Shown here piece by piece: positions 38,959 to 52,689 of a DNA stretch of 64,000 nucleotides; the first letter of the stretch is position 1; each line of letters begins with the position of its first letter. The stretch comes from Amphiscolops sp. MND2022 (lineage: Eukaryota), in the NCBI GenBank assembly GCA_964187785.1, contig OZ076409.1:10790001-10854000 (forward strand), given 5' to 3'. The notes beneath the pieces are model-generated. The model was not told the origin of the DNA and did no database searches. It worked only from the letters and a program-made list of their open reading frames with translations. A program made the position numbers and the translations under genes.

Positions 38959-39876
38959 ATTGACAAGAAAATGTGTTTTTATTGCGTGAGGAAAAAATGT
39001 TTTGTTAGAACGAAGTATTTCGTTTGTACACATCTTGAACTGTATTTATAACCAATAATTTTACCAAACTTCCTGAATCGATTTTTCTACACGTCGTGTA
39101 AGTAAATCCGAATATTTTACTTCAATTGGCCGAGAAATTGTATTGAATTTCGTCAATTTCGCCAGCAGTAAAATGAATCTTAAATACATTGGCCCAAAAC
39201 ACAAATACATTGGAACAAAAAATAACCCATATTGTAATGTACAAAACTAAAAATGAATATATTTCATTTATTTATTGTCAATATATTTGAATACAATAAC
39301 TTTTTTACATCCCCGATTTAAATGCCTTAAGGCGTCATTGAAAACTTGCCAAATTGTAACAATATTTGTTGAACAAGCCAATTTGCAACAACTTTCCTCA
39401 ATAAACCCCATGGGTGCATCTTCTCAAAGACCTCTGATACTTTTTCCGAAGACGTTCAAATCAAATTAAAAGGTCTCGCTTTTTAGGACGGAACTTTCCA
39501 AAGAATCTTGATAGAGTGTAAATTAAATTTAGCGTGGAAAACTTTTCGTAACAATTGTTCAGAATTAACCAGTTTCTATCAATCAAACGCTGCCCAGATT
39601 CTCGGCGACTCAGCTGGGATCAATGATTTATCTCTGATTGGAATGCTCTATGTGCAATCTTTTCTAATTAACTTATCCTATTCGATGAATAATAAATAGT
39701 TACATTAAGAAATTCTAATCGCAATGTACCTACAGCCAGGAAATTCCCCGCATGAAGCCAATTTTATCTCACACATAATTGAAGATAAGAAGCTCTGGGG
39801 GTAAGAGGTCATTGACTCAATCTGCAGAGTCAGCATGCGACTTCACTGAATGCAAAGTAGGGTATCAAAATGGTAC

Positions 39877-40091
39877 ATGACGTAACAAACGGTTGCGTAA
39901 CACTCCATGATGTAACAAAGGGTTGCCAACACTCCATGACGTAACAAAGGGTTGCTCAACACTCCATGACGTAACAAAGGGTGCATGCGCAACACTTTAT
40001 GACGTAACAAAGGGTTGCTTAAAACTCCATGACGTAACAAAGGGTGCACACGCAACACTCTATGACGTAACAAAGGGTTACGCAGCACTCC
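39877..40091. repeat. ~30-bp minisatellite, 7 units
   Basis: Unit ATGACGTAACAAAGGGTTGC..AACACTCC. Confidence 0.9.
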
Positions 40092-40234
40092 GAGTTGACA
40101 TTACTAGTAAATTCTTCCGTGTAAATTGAATAACTATGCATTTTCGGGGTTGACCTGACATTAGGTTCAGACAATGTTTCCATATTTGGAAACTAGTTGC
40201 CCTTGAATGGAAACCATTTCAAGACTGGCATGTT

Positions 40235-40615
40235 TCTGGGCGGCGCAGTTTGGTAAAAGTTTTTCCCTCAGAACACAGAGTTCTCACTGAATGGTCCACT
40301 TTTTGAGCAGACTTTTTTTGAAAAAGTCCTGTAAGTTGGTCTTGTGGTTAGGATCCGTGCTTTGCCAGCAGGAAGTAGCCTGTTGAAATTTCGCGCGTCG
40401 GCACCAATTGGTTTTTTCGGCACAGTTCGATTTTTCAAAATAACACAAGCTCAGAACTTTTTTTCACCCTTTGTATGATATACAAAATTCCTGACCTTTG
40501 AATGGTGCAGACCACCTGAAAAATCTTTTCAAAAATTTCATTTTTTTTCCAAAAAAATGTTTTGCGCTTTTTGAGCCTTAGATATGGCGCCGACTTTAGA
40601 CGTTCTCGTCTTGTT
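40235..40615 (+). mobile_element. HINE/DINE-1-like element, degraded
   Basis: 3' end GGCGCCGACTTTAGACGTTCTCGTCTTGTT; 5' boundary approximate. Confidence 0.55.
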
Positions 40616-43600
40616 GGATTTTCACTTGCTCACAAGAGCTTTTTCACTGAAAATTCCAACTGGCAAATTTTACTAAACTACAGTTTATCAATTCCTAAAA
40701 CATTTTAGTACACTATTCTGATGACTTCACACGAATGCTTATAATTATCTAATAATTTTGGCTAATTCTGAGTTTTTAACATAGTTTTTGCGTGTGAGGA
40801 AAAGCAAAAGGATCCGTATTTTGTTCTAATTTGTAGCGAAAAGCAGTAATCGTTTGCTTAAAACACTTATGGGGGGTAAATCGACCTGCAGAATGGGAAT
40901 ATCGACGGGAATTGATCCCAACGTCACAAGCTTATTTTGTTTCCATGTGAAATACGTTTTGTGGGGCAGAGGTAAGAGCCGGCTTCACCTGAACACCCAC
41001 TTTTTGGCTTTTAGAAGTAACGGACTTGTTACTGCTACTCACGGGGCAACCAATCACAGAGCGTATAAAAATTGGTCCGAGAATATAGTAAACTTCCAAT
41101 TCCAGGGTAGCAGGGTATTATTGTCTAAAATCGCAAGAAGTGCCTCTCAAGATATAAAACCAAAACTACAAACTATATAAAGAATGATAACCCATACAGC
41201 CATACAGTAAAACGACCGACCACACAGCAAAAAGCTTGGGCGCCAAACCGAACGATGATGTCAAACGACCGACCAAGCAAAGAAGCGCTTTTTTCGGTTT
41301 TCGCCCTTTTAGGTAGCATTTTGCTGAAATCCGTCAAAACAGTATCAGAGCTGTTATCACCTAAATAGAAACTCTTCAAGTTAACTGTTCTCAATGTGTT
41401 CTCTGGCCTGGGCCTCTCTCAATCTGCTCTTTTTCGTTTCTCTTTCAAAATGGCAGAAACAGCGAAATTTTTTCTCATGCCATTGCCACTTCAAGTTTCG
41501 GATTATAAATTTTCACCACGTTTCTTGAGTTTATTCATCACCATCTGGGGAGTAACTCGGAAAACCCTCTAAAGGTTGACCTCACAGATAAGATATTCAA
41601 CAAGAGGAGCATTTGCGCTGTGACTTTTTTCATTTGTTGTTACGCCAGAGTATTTACAGAGATGGCCATTCATGATTAAAAAGACTCCTTTCTCATTGAA
41701 ACTATTACAAGAAGCCAATTTTCGTTACTCTCCAAAAAATTGTTGGAACAATGTCTCACAGTAGCGAAATCGACCAAGGGTTGCTAATTATACTCAAAAA
41801 ACGCTTTTTATACACGGAAAACCTCAGATGAAAACCAAGCAGTGAATGTCTATGAAGAAAAAACTTCCTAAAACGTCGCACAGATTTTAAAAAAAGTTTA
41901 AAAAAGTTTTAAAAAAGTCTTTTCAACAATAATTGGGAAAACTCTCAACACTCCGAGGTGAAGAAAATATCACCAAAGACGTCGTCCTCAAGATTGGTAA
42001 ACGGTTTTCGTATCAGTACCTTTCAAAAAACCAAAATTTGTGTTTTCAACGTTTCTTCCGATTAGTCGCACAGTGCCAAAAAACCCTGCGGAGCCCACTA
42101 TGGACGTTTTTTTCTGCTGAAAATCAAAGGGGGCCCTCCGGTGAAAAAAAAATCAGGAAACAAGTTGCATTGTTCCGAAAAACTCCAAGGGGAATACTTT
42201 GATATTTTTTATACCTTTGCCAGTGCAAAAATTTTTGACTCACTGCGGGACTCGAACCCACGTACATTCACCTTGTTGGTAAATCGAGTTAACCCATAGT
42301 TGTAAGAAGTTTTTAGCCTATCCAGTATCAAATTCTAACGGCAGAAACTGGGGAGAAGATAATTAATTGTAGCAGCAGGTTGAAACTATGTTTGTTCATT
42401 CCTCAAAGAAAAAATAATTTTAGGTCTGTGAATTAATGGCTTTCAAAATTTCAATTCTTATACGATTACCAGTGGAAGAATTCCCAATCCTTGCTCTAAA
42501 CTATTTAGAGGATCATTTCAAGGTTGATTTGATACTTTTTCGCCAAGGAAAATACTGTATGAAGGATTATATCGACAGATTAACGTCAAATATCAAATCA
42601 TTCTTCAGATCTTTTCAGACTAAAAACTTTTTGCTGTATAGCAAATTGTTCACTAAATTCTCGGAAAACTTCAAGGTTCACCCATAAATATGGAAACAAT
42701 TTCACACCAAGTATAAAGTTTACACTACAAAAACAATTTAAATTGCATTACTGATTCAAGTTTGTAACAGAATGATATTCAAACTTACTGCATGACCTTA
42801 AGAAACCAAATAATTCAGCAGCAATTTAGGGAAAAAAGTGCATTTTATGTTTTCAAAGGCGCAACTGAACAAATCTTCCGTTTATTTCAAAGCATCGAAA
42901 ACACGTGTTTTTTATTGGGTAATATTGACTATCAAAGAATGATGAAAACCAAGATTAATTCTCGATAGAAATTTCCATTGATTCGAAGTGCTAATTTTTA
43001 AATATTAGAAACATCTTAAGTATTTCAAGCCAAATAATTCAACAGCGTTGTCACTGAAGTTCAATTATCTTTGATGATTTTACCATTTGAGCTTGGAAAA
43101 GTCTTCGTTCGAGCTTATTTAACGAACAGTATCTTTTTTTGATTATTTGGATTTGGTTCTCTGTAACTTGTAAAGATTTCCTTATAATTGTTCTTTCAGA
43201 AGAGTCTCAGAAAGTCATCAACTTTTCACCTAAATTATTCAATCAGATGGTTTTGATGATTTTTATTTTAGAATGAATTTCAAAAGATGAAAAACATTGA
43301 ATGTTCAAACAAATTGGACTTTATCACTTGGTTCAATTAGAGTAGAAAGTAAAAACCAAGCAAAAGAATCGAAGATGAAAGGAATTGATCCGCTAAATTG
43401 CATATACTGAATCGCACACATATATATTGAACGCAGATATATACAATACAAGGTCTACCTAATTTGACCGATTTCAGTGTAAAACTCGAGCGTTGAAAAA
43501 TTTACAAAAATACATTTTTACAAAAACATGCACGATTTTGCAGAATCTTGCAAAATGCTGCAAAACGTTTCAGAGGAAAATCGTTTGTTTCAGGTTGAGA

Positions 43601-43833
43601 TATCTTTCGGAACCTCTGAAAGTACTTTCTCTCTTCTTTGAAGTTTCTTTGGTGTTACTGGCAATAATGACTCCTTGTGATTAAAGAAAATGAAGAAAAA
43701 ATGATTTTTTCGTTTCAAGTGAATTTTCAAGAAACTTCAAGTGCTCATGTTGTTACCAATTCACTACAGAATTTTTCCAAAGTGTTTATTCAGAAGATCA
43801 ATTATTGCTCAGATAAACCATTTATTGTTGTTT

Positions 43834-44319
43834 TTAGTCGGCGCTTTTCTAGTGAAAAGTGCCCGACTCTTACAGTGGCTAAGTTTTTTTTCGTCAGACT
43901 ACAATCTCACTCTGATTGGTCCACTTTTCTTACAATCGAAGCTACTAAAACTACTACCATAAGGCCAAGTTCGGTCAGCGGAAATTAGTGCAAAAGGGTC
44001 CCCCTTTCATTTTTTACTTTTTTAACGTAACCTACAAAACCGGACGAGACTAATGGGTCCCCCTTTCGATTTTTTTCGGCATTGTGCGACTTTTTTCGAA
44101 AATATTTTAATGTCTCAAAAGAGTCCCTCTTTTGAGTTTTTTGATACTTTGCAACAGAATGTATGTTAATAAAATCCAAAGGGTCCCCCCTTTTACATTT
44201 TCCGGCACTATGCGACATTTTCTGAAAGAAAAAAATTCAAGTTTTTTCTCAAAAAAAAACGTCTTGTGCGCTTTTTGAGCCTTAGATATAGCGCCGACTT
44301 TAGACGTTCCCGTCTTGTT
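43834..44319 (+). mobile_element. HINE/DINE-1-like element, intact copy
   Basis: 5' TTAGTCGGCGCTTTTC..GAAAAGTGCCCGACT hairpin; 3' GCGCCGACTTTAGACGTTCCCGTCTTGTT; T-rich insertion site. Confidence 0.75.
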
Positions 44320-45161
44320 GTTGCATAGTTTTTCAGTTGCCGGTTAAATGACCTGAATAAACTTGCGTACGTTGCGACAACCAGTTTTCTCTTTGCAAAT
44401 TGTTCCATGAATAATGAATTATTTCAACGCCCGGGTTATAAAAATATGCTTTTCTCATTGTTAAGCGCTAAGCAAAAATGAAACAATAAGTCTTTGTTGC
44501 CCAAATTATGGTAACAAAAACGAAAGGCGGTTACACCCAGGTGACAAAAAATTGTGTTTCTCAATTATTGATTTCGAATTTTCACAAAAAGAAACCGGTA
44601 TTTTCTAATAATGAGAATTTAAATAATGTTGTAATCGCCAATGCATTTTAAAAAAATGGTTACTAATTTGCTGCTTTCTGTAATCAAAACGTTTTGTCTT
44701 TTATACGCTTCTCTGGATAAATTTTGAAATTCAAAGGGCTTCATAAAGCCAAAGTTCATGCGTCAAGATGTGATGGGATTCATAAGCATTTCTATTGAAA
44801 TAAAAACTTGTATGCTTGAAGGCAAGATATTTCATTTTTTGAGACTCGAAGCCGGGTTGCTGGCGGGATCTTTGCGAAGTTTTTGGGATCATAAAAGATC
44901 GTGCAAATATAGAGAATTAACTTAAAATTCCCGGTTATAGATTTCTAAGTCTTTGTGCGGAAATGTTCTAGGAAATTCAAAATGGACAGGGATTTCACAA
45001 TATAGTTGAAAATTAACCACAGTATAAAACAGCGTAGAAAAAGAAAAAAACTAAAACAAAGTTTATTTCCTCAATAACACGGGGTCGGTGACAAACAAGC
45101 AGTCAGCGCCCTTTCGGACACCATGGTACCATATTTGCAGCAATGTGGTCAAGCAATGGTT

Positions 45162-45660
45162 CCCAGCGTTCGACATCTTGAATATCATGCCAAAAATCTT
45201 GCCCGATCTTCCAAGATCTTGCAAAGATCTTGCAAGATCTTTCAAGATCTTGCCAAGATCTTACAAGTTCTGGCAAGATCTTCGAAGAAATGCAAGATGA
45301 AATCCTAAGATTTTGTCAAGATATTCAAGATGAACTCCAAGATCTTACTACAAAGGAATCCAAGATAGATTCCAAGAACATATTTGTCGTTCATGTAGTT
45401 CTTGTGCAAGCAACGCTTCCAGAAACTGAACATTGTCCTTACTCTGAGGTAGAGGCTCTCTGCTGATGTGGATTAATATAACACACGTGTCAGGACTCAA
45501 TATATTCAAGATGTCAAAACAAAATCCAAGATCTTGCCAAGATATTCAAGATCCAAGATCTTGTCAAGATATCCAAGATGAGACACTAGATCTTTCAAGA
45601 AATTCAAGATGTCAAGATAAAACCTAAGATCTTTCCAAGATATTCAAGAATTCAAGATTT
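45162..45660. repeat. CAAGATCTT-rich repeat array, probably a decayed CCC-ended element
   Basis: Many short AAGATCTT/CAAGAT units starting at CCCAGCG; same motif as the family C subterminal repeats. Confidence 0.55.
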
Positions 45661-45860
45661 TCCTGAGAAGTTTCGCTACAATTGAGATCGTTAAAGCGCT
45701 CAAGTGCTGATACAAATATCATAATATGAAACACGGGATCTCAGACCTGAATTAAAAAACGCGTCAAAGTTGGACAATGGTGATCAGATTGCCATTTTCA
45801 AAAAATTTCGACTGATATGAGAGGTCTAGGTGGGTAGAGTAGCATCAGTGCACTAGCCTA

Positions 45861-47350
45861 GTGCAGTTACTGACAATGTTTAATTCAAAGCTCTACTCAA
45901 AAACAAAAGCATGTGTAAAAGTGGGCAACTGTTATTCTAGTTTTTTCAAATGTGAGGATGGTGTTAGGCAAGGTGATAATTTATTACCACTATTGTTGAC
46001 AATTTTTGTAAATGACTTCAAAGACTACTTGAAAAAGCATTGTAAAGGATTGAGTTTTCTATCGAATTCACTGAATAGCAACCTGGATGTCGACGACGAG
46101 GAAATCTTTGCCCTTTTGTATGCCGATGATACCATTATTTTGACTGAAAGCGAAGAAGACATGCAAAAAGCATTAAATGCTGCATATCAATATTGCTGTA
46201 ATTTCAACATTCGAATAAATTGTTCCAAAACGAAATATATGATCATCTCCAGGGGAAAAGTTCGAACATTGTCAGTGATGATAATAAGCAACAGGCCAAT
46301 AGAAATAATTGATAGTTTTAGCTATTAAGGGATAATTTTCAAGTACAACAATGCCTTTCAACTAACCATAAAAACTACGTTGACAAAGCAAAGAAAGGGT
46401 TATTTAAGTTGAGAGCCGAAATAAGTGGTCATGAACTCGCAATACAGACAAAACTAAACTTGTTTGACTCAATTTTTTGACTGATTCTAACCTATGGTTG
46501 CGAAGTTTGGGGACATGAACTTTTTAAACAGATTGAAATTTTTTATCGGAATCTTTTGCGAACGCTTTTAAACGTTTGGAACAGTACTCCAGAGGCTATG
46601 ATTTACGGAGAATTAGGCATAAGTGAAATAAAATATCGAATTTGGCTCCGAGTTTTAGGTCTTTGGAGAAGGTTGAGCGACGACAAAAATAAACTCTCGT
46701 CCCTAATTTAAAAGTCCCCACGAAAAATTTCCCATCCAGAAAAATGGTTGTCTTGTGTTCAAACAATACTGATAGAATGCGGAATGGAATTCCCGCGCTT
46801 ATCATTTTATCGAAAATGTTAATGAAGCTTACGTTAAAGAGTATACCAGGAACAAGCTGCAGGATGTGTCAATACAAGAGTGGATCACCTCAATGAAAAA
46901 TAACTCATTCTGCAGAGTGTATGCTGCATTTAAAAACAAATATCGAATCGAGCAAATGTTTTACCCTGAAGACAAAAAACAGAATTGAGTTGAGTAGATT
47001 TCGATGTGGTGCTCTGACTATAGCAGTGGTCAGGGAAAAATTTACGGTGCTAAAAGAGACGCATTGTCCGCTCTGTAATAATCAAGTGAATGCGGATGAG
47101 TACCACTGTTTACTGGTCTGCGCTGAGGTATAAGACTTACGTGCAAAATACCTCAGCCAGTGCTATCAGCAAAACCCTAGTCTGCTGAAACTTGACGAAC
47201 TGATGAACTTGAAAAGCACCGTAAGATTAACGCACTTCAGTATGTATTGTATATTGGTCACCGACCGTGTCCGCTGTAAACTTGAAAGTTTGAGTTTTGT
47301 AAACCCCACGGGGTAACAAATATGAATTAATTATTCATTCATTCGTTCAA
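45861..47350 (+). mobile_element. 5'-truncated, decayed LINE (RT pseudogene, RTEX-like)
   Basis: GVRQGDNL and LLYADD RT motifs, then LTYGCEVWG, MIYGELG, LSRFRCG and CPLC..DEYH...C across stops and frameshifts; (ATTC)n tail near 47334-47348. Confidence 0.88.
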
Positions 47351-47974
47351 ATCGGGGAACAAAATATTTGCCACTCAACGGCATCCCCTGTAGATGTAGT
47401 TTACTCAATGTTGCTTTTAAATCAGTTTCATCACTTTCTATAATGCAAAAACCGTGGGAATACATGTTGAACTAGCTGAGCTTCCAAATCATAATAAATT
47501 TTTCAGTGCTTCTGAAATAAATATTTTTCAGACAAAAAATACAAAATTTCAGGTATTTCTCTACATGTTATGTGTTACTTTCCATAAGGGTGTTGTTGAT
47601 CATGCAAGTTACAACTCCCAAGCAGTCGAAGAACATTTACCACACATGTCACAAGGTAATTCGATCTGGTTGGACACAGGTCATCTTCTAAGATGTCAAT
47701 GATGTAAAGATGAAAAAAATGCAAAGATTTCAGGTTTTGAAGTTACACTTAGAATTTGACACTTAATTGCGTGACTCGCTACTTCCCGTGCATTTTGACC
47801 TGTTTAACTGTCAAGTTTACTTTCTCCAAGTCAAGGCGCGGGCCTTTGTTATTTTCCGCCCTCACAAATTTATTTGTGAATGGGAGAGGAAAATCATAGT
47901 CTGTGTTGCGTTTTCTAAACCAATTTTGCCAAATCAGCACGATCTCCATCCATTTTCGTTAATACCTAATTTAG

Positions 47975-48060
47975 TAACTTTGGCTAAGTTAGTAGTGCCT
48001 CTGCCTGGCAGACATGAGGTTGTGGGTTCGAACGCGTGCTGATGCGTTACATTTGAGAGG
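47975..48060 (+). mobile_element. tRNA-derived SINE-like head
   Basis: A-box-like TGGCTAAGTTAG and B-box-like GGGTTCGAAC at tRNA-like spacing; no acceptor stem. Confidence 0.45.
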
Positions 48061-48169
48061 AAATTATCGCGGTGCTTAGCGGGCGTCTTGTTTATCTGTC
48101 CCGCGTTTGGTGCTACATGCAAGATCGAAGTATCCGGGAAACTCCATAGCTGAGTCCTCCATCCCTTTT

Positions 48170-48850
48170 ACATTACTATGCGACTACCGGAGACCAAAAA
48201 AATTCGAAAAAAATTCGAAAAAAATTCGAAAAAAAATTATTTTTTTTTCAATTTTTTCCTCACGCGGGTACTGTAGAAGAGAATACTTGACACTTTGAAG
48301 TCCTTTTGCTATTTTTGAGCCTTAGATATGGCGCCGACTTGGGCCGTTCCCGGCTTGTTATAGAAAACGCAGACTATAGCATTGGCTTTTTTAAGACCAA
48401 CGAAGTGACAGATTTCATAAGCTTTATAAGCTGAGCTGTTGTTTCTACTAACTGCCACACTAAACTTGAAACTTCTACTGCCACTTGGCATAGAGGTTAT
48501 TTAGGATTTTTTGAGGTCTGTCAATCAGAAGGACGTCAGTCTGACCAATTTTTTGTACATTTTATTTAGGCTTTGTGAGACTTTTTATTTCGCAAATTTT
48601 TTTAATGTCTCCAAAGGGTGCCCCTTTCATTTTTTTTGTATTTTGCAACAGAATGGATGTTGACAAAATCCCAAAGGGCCCCCTTTTACATTTTCGGCAC
48701 TATGCGACTTACCAGAGACTTCGGAAAAATTCGAAAAAAAATCGGAAATTTTTTTCCTCATTCGGGTACTGTAGAAGAGAATACTTGACACTTTGAAGTT
48801 CTTTTGCTATTTTGAGCCTTAGATTTGGCGCCGACTTGGGCCGTTCCCGG
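48170..48850 (+). mobile_element. two adjacent HINE-like copies (a 3' fragment ending at 48359, then a copy ending near 48850)
   Basis: Two GGCGCCGACTTGGGCCGTTCCCGG 3' ends. Confidence 0.65.
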
Positions 48851-49001
48851 ACTTTTTCGGATTGTGTTGAAGCATGGTGCTGTGGATAGGGCATATTGCA
48901 TGCAATGGGGCAGGCTCAAACATTTCAGCCCAACTTTGTTCCTCCTAAACATAGCTTAGGAGCGTGGTCAATTTTAAATTATGGTATCTAGTGCAGTAAA
49001 A

Positions 49002-49492
49002 AACAAGACGGGAACGTCTAAAGTCGGCGCTGTATCTAAAGCTCAAAAACCGCAGATTTGAAATATGCGTAGGACGATTTCATGAGAAACTCCTGTTTTC
49101 GGACCTCCGCCTCCTCCTTCCAAAAACACAATATAGTTCGGATATAACATCAAAAGTTCGGATATAGCGCTTAAATCCGGATATTACGAGGGGGGACTTC
49201 AATAAAATCGAAGGGGGACCCTTTGAAGACAAACAAATTTTCGAAAAAAAGTCTCACAGCGCCGAAATAAATGAAAGGGGGACCCTTTAGTGTCATCCGG
49301 TTTTGTATGTTACGTTTAAAAAAGTAAAAACTGAAAGGGGGACCCTTTGCGATAACTTAGATGCGTTTCCCAGATGTTCGTTTAGTTGAATAAACTGAAC
49401 AAAAATTTCGTCGCTTCAAGTCTGTCTTTAAAAAAGAAAAAAACGATTCACTGTAATAGTCGGACTCTTCTATTACTAAAAGCGCCGACTAA
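49002..49492 (-). mobile_element. HINE/DINE-1-like element
   Basis: AACAAGACGGGAACGTCTAAAGTCGGCGC ... AGCGCCGACTAA. Confidence 0.72.
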
Positions 49493-51303
49493 CAAGCAAT
49501 TGTGAAAAATCAAAATATTGTAACCTTAGGCAAATCCTTAGGCAATTGAGAGCACAATAACAAGCATTAATTGGAACTAAAAGGCTTTTTCGAAGTCCGA
49601 ACCGAGCAAAAAAAAGAGTTTTTCCAGTTTTCACAAGGTTTTATGCCTTTTTCACAGCTCTTGAACGTTTGCGGAAAGTATCAGAATCCGATGAGTTCTA
49701 ACACAAAACGGTTATTACCTAGCAAATTTTGGTCGAAACAAACTATTTTTTCAAAGAGTTCTGAATAAGCAAAACGTCAAAAAATTTTACTCAAAGGTGG
49801 CTTGTTGTTCGCTTCAGTCATTGATTAGCGGACATCTTGTAGGATAATGTGATGGACTCTAACGGTGACTTGTTTTTAGGCGAACTTAACACTGACGAAG
49901 AATTACGTAACTGAGGGTTTTGCATCCATCATGCAATTCAACAAAGATTGCCTAAAATAAGATACGTTTTCTGTTTCGGAAGAAATGCTTTCATTTCTCG
50001 AACTGCTATTTTTTTTCTTTTGGGAGCACTTCAAAAATAACCCTTATTATCACAATATTTTAGGAAATTTATACAGTTCACCAAAGTACCCAGATAAATC
50101 CATTCTGGCGGCAAACTAAACGGCTTGGGATCCTTTGAGATTCCGAACTGTAGCCAAAGTTCTTAATTCTTGAGAAAAAAAAAGATGAAAAATGTCGTTG
50201 GTAGTGAGTAATCTGAAATAATCACAGCGAAGAAATCCCGAGAGAAGCGCGTTATTGTCTTTTTTATTGACTAAAGTGTCAAATCCAAAAGAATGCCAGA
50301 CATAGAGATGGCAGGTTCCGGAGATACACTTTTACTCAATTTTAAATGTTCTCGGCAGAAAAAAAAATCGCGATAGAAGCTTCACATTTTCAAATACCAG
50401 CAGATTAAAATCACAGTGACCTCAAAGGACATGCCTATTAAAATGTCAATGATAAATGATCAAACGTTTATCGATTTCATTCACATTTTCTCATTTTAAA
50501 TTCTCATTTGAGAAAAAAGCGTTGATCAACTTTGATTTAAATAGAACAAACGTTTTATATTTGTAATAACAATTGCTTTGATCAATTATGGATGTGATAT
50601 TACTTCATGTATTTTATATCAGATCATAAAATAAGACAAGCTTGTATCAATCAAACCACGACTTTCAGTTAATGTCACTGAGAAGCTTAAGCAATGTCAA
50701 TCTCATAAACCCGATCTTCTTTGACTTGATAAAATGTCAGTTGAGAGAAGATACATGATGTAATTAACAGTTTACCTATTTATTTTCAACAACTATTTAT
50801 TCAACTACATTTTTCTGAAATTTTGGCACCTTAAGAAATGTACTTTTTTTCTGAAAAAGTCTTTTATATCTTGCTGCTGTGTCCGTTATGTTTTGGATAT
50901 TGAAGTTTATCACCGAGTCGAGTTGAACCCTCAAAGCCCCAAAGAGAGTTTTGTGAAAAAAGACCATATAAGGAACCCTGCGGTTGAAAACTCAAAACAT
51001 TTTCAAGTCTAATTACAGCTTTGGATCTTTTCTGTTAACAAACACCCCCAAAGTAAGCGGGAAAAAATTTTATCCCAAAACAAGACCCGATATTCTCAAG
51101 AAACCCCCCCTTCCCCAGTATCAGCGATGAGTTTCAGTAGCAGTTCGAGTTATAAAATACTGCAATTTGATTGGTTGCTGCTATTAGTTCAATGATAATT
51201 TCACTTGACCGCTTAACTGGGGGGAGGGGTGTTTATGTAACTAAATCGGTGGGGGATTAACATAAAATATCTGCAGCTTTAGCTGGGTTTGCATTTTTTT
51301 CAG

Positions 51304-51534
51304 GAAGAACTCCAGAATGCAAATAGGTCAAAAGACAACCCTGGGCGCTTTGGTCAAACAGACGGCGCTGGTTCCTGGAGCTCTGGGTAATAATTTGAAA
51401 AACGTGGGCCCTAAGGAGAATGTGGAAGACAAGAAGCATGGTGTGAACAATAAAGGGGAGAGTGCGAAAGTTGCCGGGGAATCGGTCAAGGTCATTGGCT
51501 GTAGCACCTCGACAGAGACACCTGCCAAAAATAG
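51304..51534 (+). CDS. HRH1: histamine H1 receptor-like GPCR, intracellular loop 3 exon
   Basis: Strong acceptor (tttgcatttttttcag), phase 2-2, 231 bp, open frame (R)KNSRMQIGQK...PAKN(R), gtacgc donor. Joins both neighbours in frame. Confidence 0.75.
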
Positions 51535-51574
51535 GTACGCTAGTTGCAGAAGAAGTATGTTGCAATGATAATAA

Positions 51575-51724
51575 ATCCCAAAGGCTCCCCCTTCTACATT
51601 TTTGGGCACTATGCGACATTTTCCGAAAGAAGAAAATTTTCAAAAATCTCATTTTTTTTCAAAAAATGTTTTGCGCTTTTTGAGCCTTAGTTATAGCGCC
51701 GACTTTAGAGGTTCTCGTCTTGTT
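51575..51724 (+). mobile_element. HINE-like 3' fragment
   Basis: GCGCCGACTTTAGAGGTTCTCGTCTTGTT end. Confidence 0.6.
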
Positions 51725-51883
51725 TATTGAAGCTTTGAGTTTGTGATTAGGTCATCAAATGCAAGTCACAGGGTAGAAGATTGAATTGACTTAACCAGTG
51801 GTAACTTTTCAAAGTGCAGGCATTTTGAAGGTATTTCGTTTTGTTAACGTACGTCCTCTATGAGGTAAATGAAGGCCATATGA

Positions 51884-51995
51884 GGTATGGCGTAGTGGTT
51901 AGAGCATTCGGTCTGTACTGGGGCGGTATCAGGTTCGAATCTCTCTCAACTCACCATTGTTGGTCCTTAAGCAAGTCCTTCATCCCTAGCTTAGT
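51884..51995 (+). mobile_element. tRNA-derived SINE remnant with a CORE-like segment
   Basis: A box TGGCGTAGTGG and B box GGTTCGAATC, then GTCCTTAAGCAAGTCCTT resembling the conserved SINE core motif (GACCTTGGGCAAGTCACTT). Confidence 0.6.
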
Positions 51996-52269
51996 GGTAT
52001 GGTGAATGATAAAAAATAACGCCTTTGGCAGAGAAAAGCAAAAATTAAAAGCGCAACGGTCAGCAGTCAGACCTTTGTGACCTTGAGAAAGTTATTTGAA
52101 ACCACAGCTTCAAGTCCACCATTGCTTGACCACTTGGCTGCAAATATGGTCCCATAGCTTGCTATGGGGAGATAGTATCCGAAAGGGCGCCGACTTAGAA
52201 AAGCAGAACTGCTTATTCGGCGTCCACCCCGCGGTAATGGGGACATAACTTCTATTCTATTTTCTCAAG

Positions 52270-52511
52270 GTACACGAAGCGGTGTTCGACGGCGTCAAAT
52301 ATGACGTCAGACAAAGGCGGGTCTCTGCGCAGCTACAGGGGTGGGGGAGGGGTTGCTTCTCACAGGCCCAGCAACGTGTCTGTGATCAGCGAGGCCAAGT
52401 CCAAGTCTGTGCGGTCCACAAGCGCCTCCATGCTGCTACAAGAGGCCAAGAGCAAGTTCATCATCTCGCATTCCAGCGAAATCAAAGCTGCCAAACAACT
52501 CGGAATCCTAG
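52270..52511 (+). CDS. HRH1: histamine H1 receptor-like GPCR, exon encoding ICL3 to start of TM6
   Basis: aag|(R)YTKRCSTAS...SEIKAAKQLGIL|gt; KAAKQLG is the H1-type motif before TM6. Confidence 0.88.
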
Positions 52512-52689
52512 GTTCGTTTCCTACGATTTGCTATTTTTTAACGAAAAAAAAACTATTATCTATCAAATGCATTTAACGAAGATCTTCGCTCAATCGGGGT
52601 ATAATATTAAAACCGGATCCAAATTCATGAGGCTTTTTTCATACGATTCAATGCATTGAACCATATGATAAGTTTGATTCCCGTGGTTT

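Noticed and set aside
47975..51945. tRNA genes at about 47980 and 51885
   Set aside because: A and B boxes are present but there is no cloverleaf or acceptor stem; called as SINE heads.
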